Source of the DNA: Eledone cirrhosa
Lineage: Eukaryota
Direction: 5' to 3'
DNA: 64,000 nucleotides
Assembly (NCBI GenBank): GCA_964016885.1
Contig: OZ024750.1
Span: 21,638,001 to 21,702,000, forward strand
The translations under genes were made by a program, and so were the position numbers. Positions 14,609 through 29,608 of this stretch are shown here, piece after piece; position 1 is the stretch's first letter, and each line of letters begins with the position of its first letter. A model generated the notes under the pieces. That model was not told the origin of the DNA and did no database searches. It was given only the letters and a program-made list of their open reading frames with translations.

Positions 14609-14731
14609 GGGAGACATGATATGAAGGTTAAAAAACACTTGTGAATAGTGCAGTTTTAAATCAACATATCATATATTGATTTAAAACTGCACTATTCACA
14701 AGTGTTTTTTAACCTTCATATCATGTCTCCC

Positions 14732-14802
14732 TATTTTATCTGACGAAAACGCAAATGTCATCTCATGATGATATTTGTTTTTGAAATGCGCATAATAAAA
14801 TA
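14732..14802 (+). ncRNA. Type I hammerhead ribozyme fold, family 1
   Basis: Stem I TATTTTAT, core CTGACGA, 16-bp stem II with one mismatch (aaacgcaaatgtcatc-tcat-gatgatatttgttttt), GAAA, palindromic stem III ATGCGCAT, A, stem I' ATAAAATA. Predicted AUA cleavage after 14794. Confidence 0.85.
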
Positions 14803-14832
14803 CATGGAACTCTTTTAACCATCTTTTGATCT

Positions 14833-14886
<54 letters not shown>

Positions 14887-16199
14887 CCAGAACTTATATC
14901 ATATAAATTCAGTGCTTTCTTCAGAAATGTATACGTGTCCATCACCTCAATTAAGAATTTGCCCGCCAGCTAAAATTCTTCGTTCCTATAACTATGTAAA
15001 TATATTTTTGCAATCAGATATTTTCACAATTGTTATCCCCTTCTACCTCTTTTTCTCTCTTTTAAATACTTTCTTTCAATGTCTGCAGTAGTATAAAGTA
15101 TGTTATTGAGACTAATTACCGTTCCTGCACATTCAGCAGAACATTTTTGCTGGAACAATATTAGGAAATATGTAATGTTATGTTTGCTGTGCTGAATAAA
15201 CGTAGTCGCTCGCTGCTGTGTCCAACTTTGCTTTGCTTTCTATATAGTTTGTTTCTTGTATCTTCTATACGTAACATGTTCCTTGTTTTCATAACACTGA
15301 AATACTACAACACGTAAGTGTTGTCTAGGTATAACAATAGTTGTTATCCTATACACGTTATTATTCAAGTCTGCGGTTATGTTTAGTAAAGGTACGGTGC
15401 TTAAGAATTCCTAGTGAACGGTTTCTTTGTTTATGCTTGTTGAACGAAGGCGACTAAATCGTGTTTTTGTTTGGCTATGTAAGTAGTTGTTGGTTAGTAA
15501 GAAACGAACTGTAAATACCGATGAGACATTCTTATGTTATCTTACTCTCAATATTGTATTATGTTATGTTATCAAATACGACGGTGGATGACAAAGTGGG
15601 TAGGTGTGAGAAGATGATAAATGTCTGGTGATATTTAATTACATTGCTCTACATTCTGTGTTTAAATAGACACCGATACCACTGTGTAGTTAATTCTTAA
15701 ATAACACAGTCGTTCCCACTATTTACTCCAAGAAACAAAAGGAAAGGAATCGTGGAGGCGTCGTCTTGACACACAGTGTGTCTTGGTTATTTTAAACCTG
15801 GCAGAGCTCATGCCTCCCCAGAACAGAACACAGCCGATGTCTTCCAAGGAATAAAACAGAGAGGAGAAGAAGAAATAGAATTAACCTCAATACTGAGTTA
15901 GTACTTTAATTATTGACGTCGAAAAGATGAATGGCAAAGTAAACCTCGGCCAAATTTGAACACAGAGCACAATTATCCGCAATATACCAAAACATATTAT
16001 TCCAACACCCTAACGACTCTGCTAATTCGCCTCCGTTTTATCCATCTCTTTGAATAAGTGAATATTTTCACTAACTCCACACACCAGTTACAATTACTCC
16101 CTTCCTTGATGATGATGATAATGATAATTCAATTATAGAAAATTACCTATTTAGAGAAGATGGAAGCCAAATAATATGTGTATATTATATTTTAACAAG

Positions 16200-16371
16200 T
16201 GGTATCGGTAGAGCGTCAGATACCATGCTTTCCAGCATAGTTACGTCCCTTTATGGTCTGAGTTCAAATCCCGTCAAGGTTAACTTTGCCTTTCATCCTT
16301 ACGGGGTTAATAAAATAAAGTACCAGTAATGCACTGGGATAATTGCTGGCCTCGTGCCAAAAGTAGAAACA
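16200..16371 (+). mobile_element. SINE family A with 16-bp TSD
   Basis: TSD attatattttaacaag at 16184-16199 and 16372-16387. Confidence 0.9.
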
Positions 16372-17464
16372 ATTATATTTTAACAAGGCACTCAGGAAGC
16401 TCAGACTTTGTATCCCCAGACCCCTTAGATATTCAATGCTGCTCATCCATATGAATCCGAATCCGATCACAATAAAAGGCATCTTGGACACGTCACCTCC
16501 TATCATAGTCTTGAAATTACATCGTATATGTGTTTAAATATATATTGGGTGTGCCAGATCAAGCAGTCCTCTGACAAAAGGCATTCGAACCATGATCGTT
16601 GCCTCATTTTTTTGTGACGGAAGAATGCTATTTGAAGATGAGTTGGCTGTTGTTGCTGTCTCTGCTGTTGTGTAACCCCAGATCAAGCTAGATCTAACAA
16701 ACCTATCATCAAAGGTCTTCTAACCGTGACTCTCCTATCTATGACCTTCTGCTTTTTGTAGCTGGGTTTGGTCTTATTTGAGGGATATTTGGCTGTTAAT
16801 GCTAATTTCTGTCTACTAATAAAGCTGCTTTTATTAGTTAAGTAAAGGCAGATTGAGCTAACCTATGATAAAAGCATTCTAGCCGTGACCCTTTCATCTG
16901 TGTTCTTCCGTTTTATTTAAGACAGTAGTGTCATTTGTGAAAAAATATCATAGCTAAAATTTTTAGTAGATTAGACAACCACTTAGAGGCTCCTTTGTAG
17001 ACTCCACTATTGGAGCATTCTAGACTAGCGTTTCTCTTTCTAATTATACATTGTATGACCTTCCATATTTTATTCTCGTGTCTAATGTCTGTATTTCCTG
17101 ATTTAACATATATATATATATATATATACTCACACACACACAAGTGTGTGTGTGTGTGTATGTCTGATATGTTTAGATCTATATTATATTTATTTAATAG
17201 AATATATCTCCTATTCTGTAAGATATCACATTATATATCTATATTATATTTTATTTATTTCCATAGCTTATACGATTCTGTCATGATATTCTCCCATTAG
17301 TCTACATCAGTGCCGAATAATATCGGTGTAATATGAAAATCTGTTCCTTTTTTACTCTTCCATTGCTATGATTATTTTAAAATAATATAGTATAAAAGCA
17401 ATAGATTAATAAATAACAGGATAACAAAAATAAAAGAAATCACTGTTGTTATTACTATTAATAG

Positions 17465-18130
17465 AAGACGGGTTAACAGAATCGTAAGAGCGTCGGATAA
17501 AATCATTTGTGTTATTTAGTTATGGCTTTTTGTGTTCTGAGTTCAAACCAAACTTTGCATTTCCTCATTTAGTTGTCGATAATATTAAAATACCAGTCAA
17601 ATAATGGGGTCGATTTAATCAACTTTCTCCTCCTCATAAAATTACTGGACTTGATCCCTTAATTAGAAACCATTAGTAAATGTTTTCTAACTGGTGGATT
17701 GGCAGAATCGGTAGAGCGTCGGACATTATGCTTCGCGGCATAGTTATGTCTCTTTACGTCCTGAGTTGAAAATCGCCGAGGTTAGCTTTGCCTTTCATCC
17801 TTACGGGATCGATAAAATAAAGTACCAGTAATGCACTGGTGGGAAATTTAATCGACTTTCCCCTCCCCCAAATTGCTGGTCTTGTGCCGCTAGTAGAAAC
17901 CATTATTAAATGGTTGTGGGTAGCTATATACATTTCGATTTTTAGTTGATGCACTTTACGTTCTGAGTTCAAATGACACAGATGTCAACTTTGCCTTTCA
18001 TCCAGCGAAAAAATAAAGTCCCAATTAAATACTGGGAGGGTGGTCGATTTAATTGAGGACCTTCTCCAGATCAAGCTAGGACCTTCTCCCTCGCCAAAAT
18101 TGCTGAGCTTGTACCTAAATTAGAAACTTT
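17465..18130 (+). mobile_element. Cluster of three SINE family A copies of different ages
   Basis: Copies at about 17465-17675, 17692-17905 and 17950-18130, all sharing the core. Confidence 0.8.
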
Positions 18131-19009
18131 ATTATTGGAGGATGGGGAATTACCTACAACGTATGACCAGCGGTAAAATCTTTCATTGTTTAATCTGGGG
18201 AATGGTCAGTGCCCAAGACACTTTATAGTCTATAATACCGGTATGGGGCAATAAAATAGCAAACATGGCACTATCACTGAGTTAATATTTGAATTTCTTT
18301 ACTCTTAACATCCTGTACAACACGAAATCACATTAGCACGTTCATTCTTAACAAGTATGAAATGGTAGTAAGGTTGTGTCACGTTAAAATGTTAAGTCTT
18401 TATTCCGAAACTGCAAATTTCCACAAGTTGTTCACTAGTAAATATACTGTAAATCTATTAATTAGCAAACTAGATATTAAGAGTTGATTTCTGTTGTTGA
18501 TGGCACAATGTTTTAACACTTTCATATCAAACAGTCAGAAAATGCATCTTGTTCAGTGATACAAAACTGTTTATTTACAAACTTCCCATCAAAGTTTTAT
18601 GTACAAACTTTTTCTATGTGATGCTCGAAACTCCAACTAAATGATGACAATTTAACATTATCAACCCTTCCAAATTCTTCATCATTTTCAAAATTATTTC
18701 AAAAGCATAAGCTCTCAGAATTATGTAATGAAACATAAAGTTTGCATTCAGTGCTCTTGTGGGAGCCCCTACACGGACACACAAGAAGAGAGAGACCGAG
18801 GTTGACTTATATTGATGCCCTAAGGACAGACACTGGTCTCTGGGAGATGCAGGACATGGCGGCGATGATGAAAGAGAGAGACCGCTGGAGAGAACTTATC
18901 CATGGATCTCGGGAATTTAACCTGCTCTAGGTGTGTATATATATAGAGAGAGAGACAAGACATATGTTTGATTTTGAATCAGTCATGACGTCCTTTACTT
19001 TGTGAAGGC

Positions 19010-19221
19010 GTGTGGCTGAGTGGTTAGAGAATTGGATTCGCAATCGTAAGGTTGTGAGTTCGATTCCTGGACCAGTCGATGCGTTATGTCCTTGAGCAAG
19101 ACACTTTATTTCACGTTGCTCCTTCTACCTGGAGTTGCGACCGATAGATAGTATTAGCAATTGGAAAGACCAACGGAAACATTGTTCCCTCGGTCCGATT
19201 TGACGAAAGTCGATCGTTCCT
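19010..19221 (+). mobile_element. tRNA-derived SINE, family B (CORE-like domain)
   Basis: A box tggctgagtgg, B box gagttcgattcc, then tgtccttgagcaagacactt. Near-identical to 22028-22240. Older relatives at about 58375-58750 and 61760-61980. Confidence 0.8.
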
Positions 19222-19373
19222 TTATATACATATATTAATTAGCAAACTAGATGTTAAGAGTTAAATCAAATTTGTTTTCGGTGTTTGTTTCTATGGTTGA
19301 TAGATTGTTGTTTTTCTTTCTTTTCTGTAAAGTAATTTGTTATAATTTTCTCATCTGCAATTCTTTATCACAG

Positions 19374-19497
19374 GCTAATGAAGCAAGTAGTCATACAGAA
19401 ATATCGATCGGTGCGGGTGGAATTTAAAAATGACGGCACCCTGAAAAATGTGCAAATTGATATCGTCAACCTTCAAAAAAATAAAAAGTGGAATCTG
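19374..19497 (+). CDS. NMDA-type glutamate receptor subunit, internal exon B (end of ATD)
   Basis: Acceptor ttctttatcacag|, donor CTG|gtaaga. AA|G completes Lys, then LMKQVVIQKYRSVRVEFKNDGTLKNVQIDIVNLQKNKKWNL, matching the F..DG.L....IVNL....W motif. Ends in phase 0. Absent from the ORF track because it is short. Confidence 0.85.
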
Positions 19498-21382
19498 GTA
19501 AGAACATCTTTAAACACATTTTTCCTTCTAATAACTTGTACTTAAATTTGGTTTTATTGGTTGGTGTGATGAAAAAAATAAACATTCACTAAATTCAGGA
19601 CTTATATACCGTATATAGTCAATATTTTTTATTAATGGTAACTAGTTGTTTTATATCTTCGCCAATATTTCTGTTATATCAAAATTGTTTTGCTAGTGTC
19701 AGAGAAACTTTAATGTAAGCAGTCCCTAGTAATAATGAATTTCTAAATAATGTTGATAAACTCTTAAACATTACGCGAATGTTTTTACTGTTTACTATGT
19801 GTGTAATTTAAGCTGTCATTCTTTGCCCTTCATATCTATATGCCGCAAAAAGAATTAAGTTTTCGTGGTGTGAGTAGGTTATGCCTGGAAGGAACGTTGG
19901 CTGGTAAGAGAAGCAGAGGCCGGCAGCCAAAACGATTGCTTGACAATGTCAACTTATGGACTGGACTTGATCTTTGCTCTTTGAACTTTGCTGCTGGTGA
20001 TCGAACTTTGTGGAGAGAGATATCATATGTTGATACACAGTCTGCAACTGACGGAGTTTAACGTCACAAGAAGAATTCAGATTACATCAGAAACACTAAA
20101 TTTAATCAAGGACGAACATATTTTCCTACTTCACATAAACATACGTGTTCTTCTATCTTTGACACTTCTAAGACAAATGTCTTACGGTTACTCTACGGTT
20201 ACACTTTTATACTTCGGTTGAGATTCCATCTCTTCCTACCAGTAGATGTAAGACTTAAATCCTCGCCATAAACTATATGGCGAATAAGACAAGGGTGCTT
20301 TTTTCAAGTGGCTATTCAGTTACACTATATCATTTATAATTCTAAAGTTAGCTTCATATTCTCGAATGAAAATGTTACATCGTTATTTACAATCCCGTGA
20401 TTTACGAAATTCGCTGGTTCCGCGAAATTGAAATCTTCAAATCTTCTAAACTACCCACCCCTCTATGAAATTCTTGACCTCCTCATCGAATATAGGTATA
20501 AAGAAATGAATAAACCAGTACTCTATATAAAATAAACAAACAATAAACACTAATTATATATAAATCAGAAAGCTGTATAAGCAAGATATATTTTATTTTG
20601 GCACTACCCGTAGAGCGTTGAACAACATGCTTTGCGGCATTTACGTCTCTTTACGTTCTAAGTTCAAGTCCTGTAGATGTTAGCTTTGCCTTTCAGCTTT
20701 ACGAGGTCGATAAAATAAAGTAACAGTAACACACTGGGATCGATTTAATCGACTTTCCCCTTCCTAAAGATTATTGGCTTGGTGTCTAAATCAGAAACCA
20801 GTATTTTATGTATCCACATTTCCAATACAATCGTCGGGTTTCGACCAAACAGTAGTTCTACTCCTAGGGGGTCGATATTGGCACTGATATCTATACACGC
20901 AAAAATAATTCTCATATCAATAAGAGTGAAGAAAACTCACGCAGCTCAAAAAACGTCTACTATACAACCCTTCTATCTATCAACCTATCTGTCTATCAAT
21001 CAAATATATCTATTTTATATTACTTTTAAAATAGCAACAAATAGACTTAAGATTGACAGACCTCGGCTAGGACAAATTTCTCGATCTCTCAAAGAAACGA
21101 GCGAGATGTCACTTCTCTTTAGGTTTAATCATTACACATACTTACTCTTTTTCTATCGGACAAGATTGATTTATTTCGAATGTTATCAAATTGTACTTTA
21201 AGCATTCCTGCTACATGGCGGTTGTCATACCTTTATTAATCATTTAGATTAACTGTCATGGCTTACTTGATTACAGCTAATTCTGTGTGTCGCACTTCTA
21301 GAGAGACAGTCAGTTGCATAAATAAATAAACAGATACAGACATACATACATGTAAGTTTATATATATATATATATGTGTGTC

Positions 21383-21979
<597 letters not shown>

Positions 21980-22027
21980 GTACATACATACACATATGTA
22001 TACATGTATAAGTATATATATATATGT

Positions 22028-22240
22028 GTGTGGCTGAGTGGTTAGAGAATTGGATTCGCAATCGTAAGGTTGTGAGTTCGATTCCTGGACCAGGCGATGC
22101 GTTATGTCCTTGAGCAAGACACTTTATTTCACGTTGCTCCTTCTACCTGGAGTTGCGACCGATAGATAGTATTAGCAATTGGAAAGACCAACGGAAACAC
22201 TGTTCCCTCGGTCCGATTTGACGAAAGTCGATCGTTCCTG
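22028..22240 (+). mobile_element. SINE family B
   Basis: Differs from 19010-19221 at only a few positions; flanked by (TA)n. Confidence 0.8.
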
Positions 22241-22384
22241 TAAAAATATATATATATGTGTGTGTGTGTATATGTATGTATGTATATATACATATGTATG
22301 TATACATATGCATACACATTTATATACATGTATATGTATGTATATATATATATATATATATATATACATGCACATTTGTATATG

Positions 22385-22421
<37 letters not shown>

Positions 22422-25400
22422 GCACATTTGTATATATATATATATATATATATACATGTGTGTGCGTGTGAGTCTGTCAGTCAATCTCTCTATGTCGTTA
22501 TTTTTCAATATACATTATAAATACCCAGATAGATGAATACATAGAACAAGGTAGACAAACAGACATATAGACAAATAGACAAACATATATACAGACAGAC
22601 TCACATACGCACGGAAACACACACATACATACACACATACATACATACATATATACGTACATACACATGCATTAACCACTCATAAGTCTAACCAAATACA
22701 CCTCTATATATGCACACACTGACACCACGCGTGTTCAAACAATACCATCACTCACGATTACAGAGTATCGTGTATTTGACAGTGGCTCTTTAAGATCAAC
22801 GAAATACATACCTGCCTTTTGGCAGACCTTACAAACGAAGTTACATGTATGTACATTAATATGCAGAAGTGTATTCTGAAGTATAGCACAATATATATTT
22901 AATATACAAATACATACATGGATGGATGATGGCTGCCCCCCCCCCCTCCCTCCTTCGATATTGAGTATGGCCATTGCGCGATATAACATTATTAATAATT
23001 ATCAATTAATGCTATCGTGCGATGCCTGTGCGTGAAGAATTTTTTTAAAGTGGGGAAAGACTGTGCACTGAGCCAATCCCACTCCCTGAGCGACAGTAGC
23101 TATAACCCGAAAAGAAGAATAGATCAATATCATCGGTAACTACTGAGCCACAGGTTTTATGTCGGAATTATCCCAGTTTCCTGAGTTGCCTTCTCCTAGA
23201 AAAATGTCCTGACAAAGGCTAGGGGTCCTTCACTCCCAGTGGTTTAACTGCGCGATCAGGTATCCAACCCGATTATTTCTATGTCCTCGCGCATGTATAT
23301 ACATATGTATACATGTACATACATACATACATACATACATACATACATACATACATACATACGTATGTGAAATTATAAAACCAGAAGAACATGCATACAT
23401 ATTTATAGGCACACGCGCATCTACGTACATATATACACACCTATAGACTTATTATCAGATGTATACATATAGAACAATAAAATATATTTGAATATAATTT
23501 GCTAAATGTATTCTTACTGTGTAAGTAACTGGCTGTTTTCTATGGTATTATCTAAAACCACATATTTTGCTCAATATCTAAACATTATTCAAATTTCGAT
23601 TGTAAAATATTTCCTGAATAAATGGAAATTTGTTTCGATCACTCTGGTTCACAATACAGTGATAATTTCTCACACATACGTTAGACCTCTGGCGGTTCCA
23701 GTGAAGAGCGTACCAGTTATTCGAACAGCAGAGCAGCCTTTTCGTGGACTTAACATGTAGGTGGTTGAGTATTCCACACACATGTGCGCCGTTAGTTCTC
23801 AGGAAGATTCAACGTGATACAATTTGCGACAAAAGAATTAGCGATACACTTTATTTTTGCCAGTTGAGTAAAGTGAAGCAACGTTAAAATCAAGTGCCAC
23901 GTTCAACTTATGACATTAAGATCGTAAGTCAACCACCTCTAACCACTTAGCCACGCGATATCATATTTTCTCACTACCCCGACAATAAGAGCAACAATAA
24001 TTCGGTAAGCTACCAATGAAAAAACCTTTCTTAGCTGATATTTACAAATAAACCAAGACTTATTCCAATAGAATAAGAAAACTTGGAAAAGTTCTAATTG
24101 GAAATATGATACATTTAACTATTTCATTGCCATATTTCTCGTGAAAAACACTGTCTATGCTTTTCAAATAATTTTGTCAATATCAAGACTTTGATAAATG
24201 TTTTTGATAAAATAACTTAACTTTCTCATTATTAAGCTGGTATTTGAAACATAACTTATGTAATGTTCTTTCATAAAATTATGATAGGTTTTTAGATAAA
24301 TATAAATACGTTAAAATAAATAGTTTTGTATCTTAGAACTAGAGACGGTTTCAGGAGGATTGTTATGAAAACGATTAAGGAACTAAACTATTCCCTTTCT
24401 ATTCTTGTGGGATGATATACAGAACTTCATATAAAGCGAAATCTAGCTAAATATACTTGCACATAATATGTACATAATTTGTCGTTAGAACGTCAGAAGC
24501 CTTCTAATAATTGTTGCGGATTCCTGCGCTTTGAGTACATATTCCGTTCATCGTTTGGGTGTCGAATGGTCAGTATCAATTTGAACTCAAAACGTACGTT
24601 TTGCCAAATTCACAATCTTCTTGTCACTAGTGAAATCATGACTTGTTAGGTCTACCTATTTATTGAAACACTCGAGAAAGCACTTTTGAGATCAACCCCA
24701 TAGGAAGCCGGCTAAACCTACATTAGAGTGAACTATAGCAATCCTCACGTAGAAGGGTAAACCTTTACAAAAACACCTCCCGTCCTTCTGTTTCAGAATG
24801 CAGAAGCTACAAGAGCAATTACGCACATCTATTTAGCAGAGTATATTCACAGAATACATTAAATATACTGTAAAGGAATCAATAGCGGATAAACATACTT
24901 AATGCATTCAGAGGCATTACATCTGACAACAACAAAAATGAAGCAAATAATCCCAAAACATTTTATAATACGATAAACAATAAGTCACATGTCTGCCTAC
25001 TACACCATAAGAAAACATATACACGATGGTGATTTTAAATCTAAATTCTTTCATCAAAACTGATTACTTTAAAATAATGAACTGAAGACCTTAAGTGAGA
25101 AACTAAGTTATCTGAAATAAGCTACACCAATAAGCCCACGATAATTATTACATTGCTATTATCCCGCAAGCTGTATATCATACATTGAAAACAGACGTCA
25201 TATCAGTAGAACGAGTTTCTTCCTAAGAAGCATTTCAGATATAATGACATGACTACATTCGATTAGAATTGAATAATACGACAAGACCGCAAGTCAAAAC
25301 ACTATTAACTCTGAAACTTTCAATGAAGCTGTTGGAAAGCTGCATAATGAGAAAGCGCTAAGAGAAGTTCTAATAGTTGTGTACGGGAGGCAAACTACAG

Positions 25401-27038
25401 CTGTTACACACGATCAGTGGAATCTCTGTCGGTTTCGACGACGACTCCTACAGTTGTTCGAAAAATGGAACAACCAGCTCATGAAATTAATGTATATGGA
25501 TTTGATCATTCATCAGTCACTTGTACCAGTAACATAATTCTCAGGGAGATTCAGAGACTGGTCCTTTGAATTACAAGTAAAACTCATTTTACCAGTGAGT
25601 AAATTGGAGCAACGTGAAATATAATGTCTGCTCTGAAACGCAATGCGTCGCACGTTACCAAAATATAACTCAGAAAGTTACGACCATGAAAGCCCTATCT
25701 TCTAAGACAAGTGCCTGCACTTGCAATCGAGTACCAAGCAGTCGGGGGCATATATAGACACATTCTCGACTCTTTCTCCTTTGATCCAGCGGACCAGCCA
25801 GAATGAGACAGATGGAAAAAGAGAGGACTGCACCAACATTGAATTCGTACTTTATTTATCAAACTTGGTAAAGCAACAGCATATATACGGGGTCGTTATA
25901 TTTGACTAAAATCCTTCCAGCATGGCCGCGGTCTAATGACTGAAACCAGTAAAAGAATTTGAGTGTAACAACTTTGCTTTTGTAGTATTAGCATTAACAA
26001 TATCTGTGTCTCCGCAACTTTACATAATGACACAAATGCATGGGTAGTGATAAAAATATATTATGCAATGATATATGTAGTTGTTCAGCAAACAAAGATA
26101 GCGTGTCTAAAATGTATTATACTTTACACCAGACTTTAAAGTATATGAAAGTTTGAAGTTTACTCTTACATCGAGTACCAGTAATGAGTCCTCATTTAGA
26201 CTAACTGACCTGACTATAAAGAAAATGTGTTCGAGTGACATTAAAGTCTTGAAAATAATAACACCAGTTGGAAATTTCAATGAAATTAATGCGAATGAGA
26301 AACTCTGTTCAAGATTAGTCAGATCATCTATGAGCACTGCATAGAATCATGCAAACACTGGATGACGTGGTTAAGAAGTTCGCTTCGCAATCATAAGGTA
26401 TTAATTTCGACCACACTGTGAGACATTTGGTGTAAGTTTACCATAGACGGGAGTCGATACAAACCTTGTGAATGAAATTGACTAAATGGAAACTGTGTAA
26501 AAACCCTGTCCGTTGGATATTTCCTGTAATTCGAAGGTCCAGCTTTGTCACGTATTGTCATGACTGATATGACTTGGGATTTGGGTTATAGGTAAACTTG
26601 TATGTAAAATACTTAACCAGTTACATGTTCATTCACGAATGAAACGTCGGACACCTGGATGAACATCGTCGACACCAACGGAGGATTCATCGGTTGTTAA
26701 ACCCTAATAACAAAAGCATTTACAAGAGTTAGTCTGGACAGCACTAAGCCCACCCAGGGTAGATATTTTGGGTAGCATAGACTAATGATAGAATCATAGG
26801 AGAGTAAGATTAAATAACTTGTAGTATTTGTTTCAGCTCTCTTTGCTCTCAATTCAAATCCCTCCAAAGTCAATTTGGCCTTTCATACTTTCGGGATCGA
26901 TAAAGTACGTGTCAACACAGGTGGATTGTTGTTAGTTCTAATGATGATGGTCGTTATGATGGCGATTGCCTTGCTGCTGCTGTTACTGCTGCTGCTAGTG
27001 ATGTTTATGAGCATGGCAAATATGATGGCGATAAAAAC

Positions 27039-27110
<72 letters not shown>

Positions 27111-27256
27111 ATGTTCTTGAACCTCCGTCGATTTCGATGACGATTGTTCCACATTGTTCGAACAATGGAACCATCTGCTCGTGAAATTAACGTATACATA
27201 CATACATACATACACATAATGCGTGTGTGTGTGTGCGTGTGTGTGTGTGTGTGTGC

Positions 27257-27350
<94 letters not shown>

Positions 27351-27616
27351 TAATTCCTCAGGACCATCATCATCATCAACACTCATTAACACCATACGCC
27401 ACACCACAAACACATCCAAATCTCTCTCTTATATATAGTCACACATTTCAACACAACCTGATCTCAGTTTGACAATCGCCACAGACAGACGAATGCGAGA
27501 AAGTTCTCCAACCCAAGTTAACCAGGAATCTCTAAAATTCTTCCCACCGAAGTTAACAAAGAACTTACTGGATCTACCAACTCATAATATTATTATATTA
27601 TATTATATATAACAAA

Positions 27617-27805
27617 GGGCGGTGAATTGGCAGTATCGGTAGAGGGTTGGACGCCATGCTTTCTAGCATAGTTAAATCCCTTTACAGTCTGAGTTCAAAT
27701 CCCGCCGAGGTTAACTTTGCCTTTCATCCTTACGGGGTCGATAAAATAAAGTACCAGTAATGTACTGGGTAATTGCTGGCCTTGTGCCTAAAGTAGAAAC
27801 AATTA
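27617..27805 (+). mobile_element. SINE family A
   Basis: Head, core and tail intact. A 5'-truncated copy lies at 30872-30963. Confidence 0.9.
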
Positions 27806-27902
27806 TATTATGACATTAAATCATAAATTTTTTTAAGTCAAGTCATTCTTTTCCTTTTTTTCAAATATACCTAACTGTATCAAGGATCTCACACATTTTC
27901 CA

Positions 27903-27933
<31 letters not shown>

Positions 27934-27952
27934 TATATACACATATATATAC

Positions 27953-27994
<42 letters not shown>

Positions 27995-28091
27995 AAGAGG
28001 GATAACTTGAACCGTTAAGGTATATCATCCTTGGTCATGTCAAATATTTATTTAATATCAATTGAATTATATACATATATATATACCTATA

Positions 28092-28133
<42 letters not shown>

Positions 28134-28819
28134 CATATATATATACATATATATATATATACATATATATAAATACATATATATAGATATATATCCAACA
28201 TATCCCTCACTCTCACCACTACACTATATATATACCATTCCTTCAAATACGTTGCGTTTCCAATTTTATCACTACCAAATCTAAAGACCACAATATTTTC
28301 TTTCATTCCAAACACATTCTCTTTATTCACTACACCCCCCACCCCCCGCAACCACCATCACCACCCCTCACACACTTCTCTCTCTTCTTAATAATTCTTA
28401 TCATTCCTTTGTTCTTAGCTATTGCTTGGTTATCGTTTTTAACTTTGGAATAATTCTTCAAGTTTAATTACCATGATGTTTGTTCTTCTTATTTTCCTAC
28501 CTCCCCCCTCCCATCCATTATTCATTTTCTTCTTTTCTTCTTTCTTCTTCTTATTATTATTATTCTTATTATTATTATTATTCCTTTTCATTTTCTACTT
28601 CTTCCTTTTCTTCTTCTTCTTCGTCGTCTTCTTCTTTTTCTTCTTCATTTTCTTCTTCTTTTTCTTCTTCCCCCTTTTCTTCTTCTTTTTCTTCTTCCTT
28701 TTCTTTTTCTTTTTCTTTTTCTTTTCCCCCTTTTCTTCTTCTTCTCTTTCCCCTTCTTTTTCTTCTTCTTCTTCTTCTTCTTCTTCTTCTTCTCAATATC
28801 ATCATCATCATCATCATCC

Positions 28820-28854
<35 letters not shown>

Positions 28855-28970
28855 ATTATTATTATTCATCTTTTTCATATTCCTTTTCGACTTTCATGTA
28901 CTACGTTGCTCCATCTTTTCCTTCGTCTCCTTCTTCTTCTTCTTATTATTATTATTATTATTATTATTAC

Positions 28971-29040
<70 letters not shown>

Positions 29041-29372
29041 GGTGGTGGTACTTTTTCCGTTGTTCTTAATCTTTACAACCTCATTTTTATTGGTCTTGTT
29101 ACGGCAGCTATTATTACTACCGCTGTTCTTTTGTCAGTTTTTTTTTTTTTTTTTTTTTCTTGCTGGATTTTGTTCCTGTTGTTCTTGTTAGAATTCGTGA
29201 ATAATTATCCACGTTCACGTTTCAAGCCTATATATAATTTATCTATTTATGCAAAGTTATTTGGTTTACATTTGTTTCTCTCTCTCTCTTTCACTTTTCT
29301 CTTTCTTCCTCATCTTATCCCTCTACTCTTCTCATGAATAGTGTAAGTATTTATATACGTATATATGTATGA

Positions 29373-29428
<56 letters not shown>

Positions 29429-29514
29429 CTGTGTGTGTGTATGTGTGTACGTGTGTTTGATTATGTATGCCTATATATATATATATACTCGTATACATAT
29501 ATATATACATATGC

Positions 29515-29549
<35 letters not shown>

Positions 29550-29608
29550 TATGTATGGTCAGGTCACCACTTGGTGCTACTGGTAACATATATATATATA
29601 TATATTAT

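Larger units (their letters stand above)
14410..14840 (-). mobile_element. Hammerhead-bearing Penelope-like/retrozyme-like element, family 1, fold-back structure
   Basis: Between (TA)n tracts; arms about 14500-14664 and 14676-14840 plus an ~90-bp unique tail at 14410-14500. Second copy at 21463-21738. Confidence 0.7.

Noticed and set aside
19010-19080. tRNA-like sequence (also at 22028 and in SINE A heads)
   Set aside because: SINE head continuing into a conserved SINE body; no proper acceptor stem.
24020-24380. Possible TTAA-type MITE family (similar pieces at about 57060-57210 and 61140-61325)
   Set aside because: Similarity is visible, but the termini and TSD are too degraded to define.
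25082-25115. CTGAAGA...GAAA within a decayed LINE-like region (about 24650-25400)
   Set aside because: No stem I or stem II pairing, and the LINE assignment itself is too degraded to call. Isolated cores at about 3537, 9216 and 12512 also lack helices.
28473-29337. 285-aa low-complexity ORF
   Set aside because: Made of (TTC)n, (ATT)n and (TAG)n repeats; no domain or splice support.
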